The position numbers and the translations under genes are program-made. From IMG/VR virus record IMGVR_UViG_3300037067_020960: DNA of 64,000 nt; one strand, 5' to 3'. The notes under the pieces were generated by a model. That model saw only the letters and a program-made list of their open reading frames with translations, did not search any database and was not told where the DNA came from. Each line of letters begins with the position of its first letter. Within the stretch, counting starts at the first letter, position 1. This document shows, piece after piece, positions 52,038 to 60,634 of the stretch. The stretch is from an uncultured virus (IMG/VR IMGVR_UViG_3300037067_020960) (lineage: Duplodnaviria; Heunggongvirae; Uroviricota; Caudoviricetes).

Positions 52038-52844
52038 TCATAAAAAATAGTTTGTTTTACATTCTGGGCAAAAATTCTTTGGTATTGTAGTGATAAAAGT
52101 TTTTCGACATTTATGACAACAATATTCCGATCGAATCTTTGTAATTGGATCTGAATGTCCACTTCTTTCAGTCTTTCTAATTCTTTCTTTTCGGGTCAAA
52201 TTTTTGACATAGCCCAACCATATAGGAGAAATACGTTGGGAATATGCTTGATTCGATCTATTACCTGCTTCCATTTTTTTGAAAAAAACTTCTTCTTCAC
52301 CATATTTTAAAAATTTTTTAGCATTATTTCTTAAAATTACTAAAGCATCTTTGCAAATATTTGCTACTGTTGTACATGTACACCCTTCGGCATCAGCCAA
52401 TTCGGTAAAAGATTTTCCTTCTAAAAAATGCAATTTTAAAAGTCTTTGTTGACGATCAGATAAATTTGACATCAATTTATCCATAGTTGCATCATATTCT
52501 ATATTTGAAGGGAGTAAATATTTCTGACGGTCATTTGCAGTCAACAAATTTTCTACAGGAATTTCTTTCGTTTGTTCAATTGAAATCATTTTTTTAGAAT
52601 TGAATCCTGTGAATTCTTCTGGCCATGCTTTTTCAATGTCAAAATAAATTTCTGCTTGTCCAAAAGCATTTTGAATTTTTAACATGAATTCATCTGATGG
52701 TCGTTTTTTTAGATTTATAATGTCCGCAATAGTTCCAATTCTGGCATTGCATCGCCTTGCCAATTCTGTTTGACTCCATCCTGCCCTTTTTAAAGCTCTA
52801 TACATTTCACCATGTTTGAATTTTGTGATGGCCGATATTAACAT
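52038..52844 (-). CDS. Transcriptional regulator: XRE HTH + sigma70 region-4-like HTH + Zn ribbon
   Basis: GWSQTELARR; LSDRQQRLLKLHF.EG.SFTELA; CHKC..FCPEC. Confidence 0.75.
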   Translation of the reverse strand: MLISAITKFKHGEMYRALKRAGWSQTELARRCNARIGTIADIINLKKRPSDEFMLKIQNAFGQAEIYFDIEKAWPEEFTGFNSKKMISIEQTKEIPVENLLTANDRQKYLLPSNIEYDATMDKLMSNLSDRQQRLLKLHFLEGKSFTELADAEGCTCTTVANICKDALVILRNNAKKFLKYGEEEVFFKKMEAGNRSNQAYSQRISPIWLGYVKNLTRKERIRKTERSGHSDPITKIRSEYCCHKCRKTFITTIPKNFCPECKTNYFL

Positions 52845-52900
52845 AATATTTTCTCCTTAAATTTTTATTCTGTTTTGTCTGGATGTACGATAATCAGATC

Positions 52901-53593
52901 TTACACCAGTTGTTTAAAATCTTGAATTGTTAAAAATCCAAAAAATTCATCATATTCTTTATGTTTATATATTCCATCCCATGCTGTTACTTCGTCCCAG
53001 TTTTTGCGAGATACAACATTCCAAATGCCTTGTGCTTTTTTTGTATAAAATTCTAATACTCGATTAAGATCATCATCAAGCACTTGTTGAGTATATAAAT
53101 ACACATTTTCGAATGTTGTTACATAAATTTCTATAAAACAAAAATCAGATATATTGATTGATTCTTTTCTTTTATCTATAGAAAAAGTTCTGGGTGTTAA
53201 TTTTCTGCATTTTTTAGCAAGAGCCGTATATAAAAGTACTTGAGTCGCAGCACTTCGAATTTTCCAGTCATCCAATTCATCTTTATATAAGAATTTATGT
53301 TCAGCGATATATGTATCTCCATCTTCAAAACGGATTCCATCACAACTAAATGAAATATTGAAGTTTTCTTGAATATAAGTAGAACCATATTCCTTATAAT
53401 AATCTCTCAAAATAAAATCAGCTACAGCAGAACACAAATGATAATCAAGCCTCGGTGTATAAGGTTCCGGATTGGCTTGAGTGTAAGCATATTGTTTTGC
53501 TGACATTTTTATGAGTTTAGATGCGAAGAACATCCGATTTCGAACTTCTTTAGATGTATATGGTTTTACAATGTCAATAATGAAATGCTTCAT
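52901..53593 (-). CDS. PD-(D/E)XK nuclease (phage exonuclease/Cas4-like, no Fe-S Cys set)
   Basis: SCDGI...IAEHK...QVLLY. Confidence 0.65.
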   Translation of the reverse strand: MKHFIIDIVKPYTSKEVRNRMFFASKLIKMSAKQYAYTQANPEPYTPRLDYHLCSAVADFILRDYYKEYGSTYIQENFNISFSCDGIRFEDGDTYIAEHKFLYKDELDDWKIRSAATQVLLYTALAKKCRKLTPRTFSIDKRKESINISDFCFIEIYVTTFENVYLYTQQVLDDDLNRVLEFYTKKAQGIWNVVSRKNWDEVTAWDGIYKHKEYDEFFGFLTIQDFKQLV

Positions 53594-53868
53594 GCAAATG
53601 GTCTAGAGTATAAAATATCAAATGTAAAGATAATTCTTTACTTACCAGAGGATAAACTCTATACTGTTCTTTAAAAGGAAATGAATTAGGAGAACGATAT
53701 AGATGTCGTAACGTGTGATAATTTTTTTAAAGGAAAGGGCTTAATGATAAAAGTAAATGAACAGAGAACGTGTTTATTGAAGTTCTTTGAGGGTTGTAAT
53801 TGTAAATGATTTACAAATTAGACAAATTAAGTTTTAGAAGAATAAAATAAGTGGATTTAAAGGAGTTT

Positions 53869-54534
53869 ATGAAAAACAAAATTGAAAAAATTATATTAAT
53901 ATATTGGGAATTACGTAATAATGATGAATTTAAGAAGTTGGTTTCCAAAGGATTAATAAATAAAAAAGAATTTTTTAATGAATATCCTGAATTTAAAAAA
54001 CTATTTTCAATCGTACATAAAGAAGAAGGATTTTTGCCTCAATTCATAGGAGTTCCTAATGATGATCCTAACTATTTTTATTTTTTTGATCCATATATGT
54101 ATTACGAAAAAGACATGATAGTTCCAGTTATTTTTAAAAATGGGATTTTCTTTGTAGGTATTACTTCAGAAGCTACCATGATTATTGAAAAATCTTTTTT
54201 CGAAAAAATAAATGAAAAAAAGATGACTGATGAGGAAGCATGTAAGATGTGTATAGGATTTTTTCTTGGTAGAGCAAAAGGTGAAGATAACAAAACTTTT
54301 TTATACAATTTAGATCGCGAAGAAAATTGTTCTTATCGTATAAAATATGAACGTATTTTTCTTAATGAAATGGGGGAAGGGGATTCTATTATAAGTGATG
54401 ATAGAATAAAAACTGGTGTGGCGTCTATAAATCCGGAGCATATAATTGAGATATTGTATTATGTGTCAGGATTTGAAAAGATTGAGAAGAAAAATTTAAC
54501 ATCTATAATGGCTTGGACTCCAATATTTAAATAA
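53869..54534 (+). CDS. Hypothetical protein
   Basis: AAGGAG RBS before ATG 53869. Confidence 0.65.
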   Translation: MKNKIEKIILIYWELRNNDEFKKLVSKGLINKKEFFNEYPEFKKLFSIVHKEEGFLPQFIGVPNDDPNYFYFFDPYMYYEKDMIVPVIFKNGIFFVGITSEATMIIEKSFFEKINEKKMTDEEACKMCIGFFLGRAKGEDNKTFLYNLDREENCSYRIKYERIFLNEMGEGDSIISDDRIKTGVASINPEHIIEILYYVSGFEKIEKKNLTSIMAWTPIFK

Positions 54535-54536
54535 AT

Positions 54537-55457
54537 ATGAATACAATTAATTTAAATGATTTGAAATATCCTGAAGAAGAATTGTTAAAAGAACAACTTC
54601 ATTTATATTTTCAGAATAAACAAAGATTTTTAAATGAAGAAGATGGTGGAAAAGTTATTTATCCTTTAGCAGACGAATGGATTAAAAAATATTGTATACA
54701 ACATAAATTTGGTTCTACTAAAATGTGTTTTCGGCTTGAACAAGAACGATTTTTCAAACATTTACCTGATAAAAAAACTTATGTATTTGGTCGGGCAACT
54801 TTAGATAAGAAAAAACAAGGTTTAGCAATTAAAACATCTTATGTAAAGTATGCTTCTACTTCAAAAGGAATTATTTATTATGTGTCTTTTAGTTCTTCGG
54901 ATTTTAAAAATAATTTAGCAGCAATTTATTCACATTTTTTTGATAGATTTTCTCAAAGATGTTTCGATTCTGAATTAACTAGAGTAGAAGCTATTAAAAG
55001 TTGGATTACTGAAACTCGTAATGGAACTGCCATGAGAATAAAAGATGATATTAATATTTATTTTATTTGTGAAAAAGGTATTGTTCTTGGAAAAATGATT
55101 TATTTTGATGATAATCTTAATGTTTATTCTTTAAGTGAAAAAAGTCGTAAAAATCAAGAAAATTCTCATTTACATTCATTTACTTCATTTAATACATTTA
55201 TTTCAAATGATATGTTAAAAGGTGATCAATTAGAAATGCGAAAAGAATTTGATAATGAAATAAAATTTAATAATTTTGTTAAGAAGGTATGCAAACATCT
55301 TACCTTACAAAAAGAATTTGAATCATATATATTTAATGGAACTAAAATAAAAAGCAAAATGCTTATTAATTGGTTGGATGAAATTCTTCCAATTGTTAAA
55401 GATAAAAGAGAAATTTTAAACAATTTTCCCGAAAGAATAAAAAATGAAAATTCATGA
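54537..55457 (+). CDS. Hypothetical protein
   Basis: 306-aa ORF, SHFFDRF..R motif. Confidence 0.65.
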   Translation: MNTINLNDLKYPEEELLKEQLHLYFQNKQRFLNEEDGGKVIYPLADEWIKKYCIQHKFGSTKMCFRLEQERFFKHLPDKKTYVFGRATLDKKKQGLAIKTSYVKYASTSKGIIYYVSFSSSDFKNNLAAIYSHFFDRFSQRCFDSELTRVEAIKSWITETRNGTAMRIKDDINIYFICEKGIVLGKMIYFDDNLNVYSLSEKSRKNQENSHLHSFTSFNTFISNDMLKGDQLEMRKEFDNEIKFNNFVKKVCKHLTLQKEFESYIFNGTKIKSKMLINWLDEILPIVKDKREILNNFPERIKNENS

Positions 55458-55785
55458 TTATTTTGTGAAATTAAATCGGATTCGCGAGAGATATAAAGAT
55501 GATTTAAACAATCTAAATAAAGTGTATGGAACAGGACCATCTTTAAAAGAAAAACTAGAATATATATTAAAGAGGGCTATGTCTACAAATGATGTGCAAA
55601 TCAACGAACATCATGATGGATACATTTCGGGATATGTTATCAGTGAATCTTTTGGAAAAGAATCTGACGAAATTAGAATGAAAAGGATCTGGAATCATTT
55701 GAATAATTTTTTGTTCGAAGAAGAAATAAAGAAGATACTGTATTTAACCACATACACAAGGAAAGAATGGAGAGAAGAAAAATGA
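55444..55785 (+). CDS. BolA-like fold protein
   Basis: GYVISESFG.ESD..R.KRIW..L resembles the BolA pattern VVS..F.G.S...R.R.VY..L. Confidence 0.4.
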   Translation: MKIHDYFVKLNRIRERYKDDLNNLNKVYGTGPSLKEKLEYILKRAMSTNDVQINEHHDGYISGYVISESFGKESDEIRMKRIWNHLNNFLFEEEIKKILYLTTYTRKEWREEK

Positions 55786-56022
55786 TAACACTGTTTAATC
55801 GTAAAATTACAAAAAATTATGGTATGGAATTACTTACTTTTCATCAGTTACGTGATTTTAAAGATGGATGCATATTCTTCATATTTGATGTTAATCTCGT
55901 TCTTTATAAGGCTGATCACAATCCACGGTTCAGAGTAATTTTTATTTAACTTTACAATTTTTGAATTTGGAGTCTATAATGTAAATCATGTTAACCAAGA
56001 TCAAGAATTGGATGTAGTATGA
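55782..56022 (+). pseudogene. Probable frameshifted small gene
   Basis: The ATGA-coupled start stops at 55949; another frame (NFTIFEFGVYNV..) runs to a TGA overlapping the next ATG. Confidence 0.45.
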
Positions 56023-56471
56023 AATTATCTAAAAAAATTTATTCATCTGTTGATGAGAGATACGAGGACACAAGCCCCAAAACACACACTTGCTCAGCAT
56101 GCGGTAAAACCGTGACACAATATTATCATGATGTTCCAAGAATGAAAATGATTCATGGAAAAATCTATTGTATAAAATGTGCTGAACTAAGAGAAAAAAT
56201 AATTGAGAAAACTCTAAATGATAATAAAGATCTGATTGCTTATGCAGAAGAACTCTTGAAGAAATATCCTGGTCATTTGATATTGAAAGAATTACTTGAT
56301 AAATTACAATATCATAAAGCATTGAATTATGATGCCAGAAAATTTCACCGTTTAATTGATGATAGTGACACATTTACTCTTGATGAGAAAAATAAATTGT
56401 CAGCATTATTGTTTGAACCATTCAAACAAAAAGATGTGTTATATGTATCCACGAGGAGAAAAAGAAAATGA
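56019..56471 (+). CDS. Zn-finger hypothetical protein
   Basis: CSACG...YCIKC. Confidence 0.65.
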   Translation: MKLSKKIYSSVDERYEDTSPKTHTCSACGKTVTQYYHDVPRMKMIHGKIYCIKCAELREKIIEKTLNDNKDLIAYAEELLKKYPGHLILKELLDKLQYHKALNYDARKFHRLIDDSDTFTLDEKNKLSALLFEPFKQKDVLYVSTRRKRK

Positions 56472-56994
56472 AAAAAGAACTTGATGATAAGCTCTGTGCC
56501 GAGTTTCCCAAGTTATATGGCAAAGGGGTTGGACTTGTGATAAAACTCGCATGTGTGATGGATTCGACTGCGGAGACGGGTGGTATGATCTCATCCATGA
56601 TTTATCTCAACGATTAGAAGAATATAATGATATCCACAAAGAAGAAGATTGGGTTGTTGCGATTCAAGTAAAACAAAAAATGGGTGGTCTTAGATTTTAT
56701 ATTGCTAGTGCTCCTAATCATATTCTTGATCTAATCAGTGAAACTGAAAATAAATCTGAAAAGATTTGTGAAGAATGTGGAAAACCAGGAGAAGTTCAGG
56801 AGTTGAAATATAAATGGCTTACAGTTTTATGTGATGATTGCAATGATAAATATAATAAAGGAAATGGAATGAAAGAAGCAAGATTGCATCATTCTCAACA
56901 AAGACATGTTAATTTAGCTGATGTATGTTTAGATTGTATGGATTTTATTAAAAATTTAAAAATTAAATGTGAAAATTGCCCTATGCAAAATTGA
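56468..56994 (+). pseudogene. Phage hypothetical protein with a 1-nt frameshift near the 5' end
   Basis: The ATGA-coupled MKKELDDKLC..FPKLY frame shifts at ~56519-56528 into (Q)RGW..MCDGFDCGDGWY..QVKQKMGGLRFY..CEECG. Confidence 0.65.
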
Positions 56995-57012
56995 AAGAGA
57001 GATCATCAAAAA

Positions 57013-57852
57013 ATGATAAAAAATAAAATTAAAAAATACATTTATTCAAATCGTCCAGAAATGGGCACTGAATCTGAATGGAATAAATGGAAAAAAGAAG
57101 CGAAGAAAAATAAAATTCGTTGGTTTTTATTTGAAACATTTCCATTATGGTTCAAAGCCACATTCATTTGGTCAGTCGAACGTGTAAAAGACTGGTTTAG
57201 CTATCGTTATATAAAAGATTATAGAATCATCAAAGCTCATTCGCTCAAACCAGGATATTATGATAAAGATACTTTAATTGTTCATGGTATGTTTGATTTA
57301 CTTGTTGATTTCGTTGAAATCGAAAAAGCATGGATGGAGTGGTGTTTTGTGGAACTTGATAAAATGTCTTGGTGGAAAAGAAAAATCACTAGATTCAAAA
57401 AAAGTCGTGAACTTGGGTTCAAACATTTAGATTGGGAAATCAGTTTGATTAATCCGAATAGTGAACATTTTGATAAACAATCATATACTGAAAATTTTTT
57501 AAAACAATATGGAAGTCTTGAAGAATTTAAAAAACATGAAGATTACAAAAAAACTCAATCAGCTATTGCTCAAGAAATTAAAGATTTGTATATTTGGTGG
57601 AAAGATATTTATCAGACAAGACCAGATTCAATTGATGTAAAAGGTGATCTTGGATATAGTTGGAGCGAATATTGTGATATGATGCATAAAAAAAATCCGG
57701 ATGATTTCTTTTTTGAGAATAAAACCGAAGAAGAAAAGAAAATTTGTGATTCTTCTTTAAAAGCAAGTAGAGAAACTGAAGAAAAATATGAAAAAGAAAA
57801 TACTGAAATGCTTATACGATTAATTAAAATCAGAAGGTCATTATGGACGTGA
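57013..57852 (+). CDS. Hypothetical Trp-rich phage protein
   Basis: 279-aa ORF ending MLIRLIKIRRSLWT. Confidence 0.7.
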   Translation: MIKNKIKKYIYSNRPEMGTESEWNKWKKEAKKNKIRWFLFETFPLWFKATFIWSVERVKDWFSYRYIKDYRIIKAHSLKPGYYDKDTLIVHGMFDLLVDFVEIEKAWMEWCFVELDKMSWWKRKITRFKKSRELGFKHLDWEISLINPNSEHFDKQSYTENFLKQYGSLEEFKKHEDYKKTQSAIAQEIKDLYIWWKDIYQTRPDSIDVKGDLGYSWSEYCDMMHKKNPDDFFFENKTEEEKKICDSSLKASRETEEKYEKENTEMLIRLIKIRRSLWT

Positions 57853-58115
57853 AATATGGTTTTTCCGATTTACCGAAAACAGTACGCAAATATATTTGGA
57901 ATAATGCTGCAAAATTAGCTGGTTGGAAAAATTCTTCAGATCCTGGTAAAAATGGTTTAATCATGGATACAGAGTGGACGACATTTGCTTTAACGATTGA
58001 TGGATGGATACTTGCTATTGCTCACGAAGAGCTTCCAATTTCAAGAAAATTATTAAAATCTTTCGGCGAATTAAGACTTTCTCAGGTCAAAAAATATGTT
58101 TTAACAAAAAATTGA
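57843..58115 (+). CDS. Hypothetical protein
   Basis: Overlaps the previous stop. Confidence 0.55.
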   Translation: MDVKYGFSDLPKTVRKYIWNNAAKLAGWKNSSDPGKNGLIMDTEWTTFALTIDGWILAIAHEELPISRKLLKSFGELRLSQVKKYVLTKN

Positions 58116-58135
58116 TGATTTCAAATTAGGAGATT

Positions 58136-58576
58136 ATGCAAACGTTCTTACCGTTTCGGGACTTCAAACAATGTGCAAAAGTTCTTGATAACAAAAGATT
58201 GGGCAAACAGCGTGTTGAATGTCTTCAATTACTTAACAAACTTCTTGGCAAGAATACAGGTAAGGCTTGGGAGCACCATCCAGCATTGTTACAATGGGTA
58301 GAGTATGAAAAGTACCTTGCCTTATATATGTATCGGATGATAGAAGAATGGAAGTCGCGAGGATTTCAAAATACAATGGAAGTTCCTTGTGAAGTTGATT
58401 TGTCGTTATCAGAAAATGATATTCCATGGATTACTGAAGAATTAATGATGTCTCACAAATCTCGATTGTTACAGAAAGATTTAAAATTTTATAGTCAGTA
58501 TGATTGGGATGTTCCAATGAATTTGGAATATGTATGGCCAAAAAGATGGAATAAAGGAAAAGGAGATCTTTTATGA
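58136..58576 (+). CDS. Pyrimidine-dimer DNA glycosylase/endonuclease V family (MSMEG_6728-like)
   Basis: MQTFLP..LDNKRLGKQRVE..Q..W.HHPA..W..EW..RG..NT..SH...L..KD..Y..EYVWP. Confidence 0.85.
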   Translation: MQTFLPFRDFKQCAKVLDNKRLGKQRVECLQLLNKLLGKNTGKAWEHHPALLQWVEYEKYLALYMYRMIEEWKSRGFQNTMEVPCEVDLSLSENDIPWITEELMMSHKSRLLQKDLKFYSQYDWDVPMNLEYVWPKRWNKGKGDLL

Positions 58577-59226
58577 TTTCATTTAAAACTTCTTTGCAAC
58601 GTGTTTCTTTGAAAACGAGAGATATTAAACAAAATAAATTGTTAATTTATTTGAAAGCATTTCGTTATTTTATATGGTCAAATTTTGTATGTTTATTTGG
58701 CGAAATTCAAATTTATCCCAAAGCTCCTCCATTTGTAATTATAGGAAAAATTCAATATAAAGTAAATTGTGACCAAATTCGTGAAATGTTAAAACTTATC
58801 CATCCTGGAGATATATTAATCAGAAGATTTGAATCTTATATTTCTGGTAAAATGATTCCAGGACATTATACACATGTTGCATTATATTGTGGAGATCTTG
58901 ATTCATTAAGACCAGATCGAGTAATTCATGCTATAGGAGAAGGTGTTGTTGAAGAAGATTTTTTAAAATTTTGTCGTACTGATGAAATTGTAATAGTTCG
59001 TCCTGAGAAAACTCGAGATGAAATCAAAATGGCAATTCAAAAAGCGATATCTCATAAAGATGCTCCATACGATTATGATTTTAATTTTTCAAATGATTTA
59101 AGATTTTCTTGCACTGAATTGGTATACGATTGTTATGATCAAAATTTACCTATTATTGTCAAAAAAGTTATTTATCCTGATGCTTTTTTAAAAGCAGGAA
59201 AAATAATATACAAGACTGCGGTATAG
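58573..59226 (+). CDS. Permuted papain-like NlpC/P60 amidase (YiiX/YebB-like)
   Basis: PGDILI, YTHVALY (His), PYDYDF, FSCTELV (Cys), IYPDAF. Confidence 0.85.
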   Translation: MISFKTSLQRVSLKTRDIKQNKLLIYLKAFRYFIWSNFVCLFGEIQIYPKAPPFVIIGKIQYKVNCDQIREMLKLIHPGDILIRRFESYISGKMIPGHYTHVALYCGDLDSLRPDRVIHAIGEGVVEEDFLKFCRTDEIVIVRPEKTRDEIKMAIQKAISHKDAPYDYDFNFSNDLRFSCTELVYDCYDQNLPIIVKKVIYPDAFLKAGKIIYKTAV

Positions 59227-59242
59227 TACTCTAAAGAGGAGT

Positions 59243-59830
59243 ATGAAGATGAATTTATTATCATTAAAAGATGGTAATGCTTTTGGTTATTTTGATTGTG
59301 ATGATGATGATGAACCTATGGTTGCTGTAAAATGTAAAAATTTCCCCGCAGTTTCTGGAGAACTCACAGCACTTCCGTTATTTGGCTATTATGCCATGGG
59401 AAATAACTGTTCAGTATATCCTATTTGTAAAGTCGAAGATTATTCCAATTTAATGGATATTAAATTACAAAAAACTTTATTAAAAGATGTTACTTCTGGA
59501 ACAATTTGTTTTACAGGTAATCAAGTGAATATGGTTCAGAAAATTCTTGTTACTGATGGAATGAATATAAGTGGTAGGATGGTTGCTCCAATAGGAGATC
59601 CATTTTTGTTATCAAATGTGGCAGAAATAGAAGACCTTGGGTATTCAGGAATTTATCTTAATGAGGATGAAATTTTTGATGAAAATAAAATATTTAAAAG
59701 AAATACAAGATTTTGTCCAAACTGCGAAGAATATTCTCTCTATGAAATAGAAGATCCATTAAATGAAATGGATGATGTCATTTGTAAATGCGCAAACTGT
59801 CATTCTGTTGTTAAATTATGTTGGTTCTAG
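59243..59830 (+). CDS. Hypothetical protein with C-terminal Zn ribbon
   Basis: FCPNC...CANC; GAGGAG RBS. Confidence 0.65.
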   Translation: MKMNLLSLKDGNAFGYFDCDDDDEPMVAVKCKNFPAVSGELTALPLFGYYAMGNNCSVYPICKVEDYSNLMDIKLQKTLLKDVTSGTICFTGNQVNMVQKILVTDGMNISGRMVAPIGDPFLLSNVAEIEDLGYSGIYLNEDEIFDENKIFKRNTRFCPNCEEYSLYEIEDPLNEMDDVICKCANCHSVVKLCWF

Positions 59831-59853
59831 AATAATCTATGTTAATGTTGCAT

Positions 59854-59891
59854 GAAGGGTAGCTCTCGCCTGTTGGTTCGAATCAACCTTC
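59854..59891 (+). pseudogene. tRNA-like remnant
   Basis: GAAGG/CCTTC acceptor-like ends, TAGCTC, T-arm GTTGGTTCGAATCAAC; D and anticodon arms missing. Confidence 0.4.
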
Positions 59892-59915
59892 TTTATGCTT
59901 TTTATTTATTTAGTC

Positions 59916-59944
59916 TTTACATATTCTTCAATATTATCTATACT
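59916..59944 (+). promoter_or_regulatory. Sigma70-type promoter
   Basis: TTTACA-17 nt-TATACT. Confidence 0.6.
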
Positions 59945-59974
59945 TTTATGTAGGTGAATAAAAAGGAGAAATTT

Positions 59975-60154
59975 ATGGCTAGACCAAGAAAAACTGATTA
60001 TTTTGTTTGTAAAGATTGCAAGAACGAATTCAGAAAGAAAACGTACACTTCAGAAGTTGTTAGACGTTGTCAGTGTCCTCAGTGTTATACTGAAGAAATA
60101 ACTAAAAAGAATACGGAAGCTGAAAATGAGCATAATTGCAACAATAACAATTAA
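59975..60154 (+). CDS. Small Zn-ribbon protein
   Basis: AAGGAG RBS; CKDC..CPQC. Confidence 0.6.
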   Translation: MARPRKTDYFVCKDCKNEFRKKTYTSEVVRRCQCPQCYTEEITKKNTEAENEHNCNNNN

Positions 60155-60284
60155 GAAACCGAAAGTTCGTAAAGTCTGGGCAATCAAACCAGTTACAAAA
60201 GTGAAGGAATCTAAAAAGATTTACACAAGAAAGAAGAAACCATATGAAACCGAAGATCGTATGGATTATAATACTTGTGATTAA
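60126..60284 (+). CDS. 52-aa basic protein, ArfA-like alternative ribosome-rescue factor candidate
   Basis: Below the ORF-track cutoff; RKVWAIKPVTKVKESKKIYTRKKK. Confidence 0.45.
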   Translation: MSIIATITIKKPKVRKVWAIKPVTKVKESKKIYTRKKKPYETEDRMDYNTCD

Positions 60285-60634
60285 ATAATTTTCATGGAGC
60301 AGAGGAGAAGAGATGTTAATATTTCCGATATGATATCTCTGTCACAAAAAGTCTGCTTTAGTTAGTAGATTTATCATTATTTATGTGAAACTAAATGATT
60401 TACTATATCACCGGAAAGAACTTAGTAAGAATGTAATTGATATGAGATTTATCTATTCATCGTATGTGAAGCTCATAGATTTTTATATATCAAAACGCCA
60501 CCCACATGTAAATATTGCAGAAGAATCTGCAAAAGAATATGAAAATCAAAAGAAAATCAAATTAGAAAAATACAAAGAATTAGAGTGATAGATACTTCTC
60601 TTAAATCTTCGACTCTGCCTTTAAAATTACTTCT

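Noticed and set aside
52901..53593. True Cas4 / CRISPR adaptation gene
   Set aside because: Lacks the four-Cys Fe-S set and any cas context; a generic PD-(D/E)XK nuclease.
55951..55980. TTTACA-18-TATAAT promoter
   Set aside because: Falls in the probable coding tail of a frameshifted gene; ambiguous, so not called.
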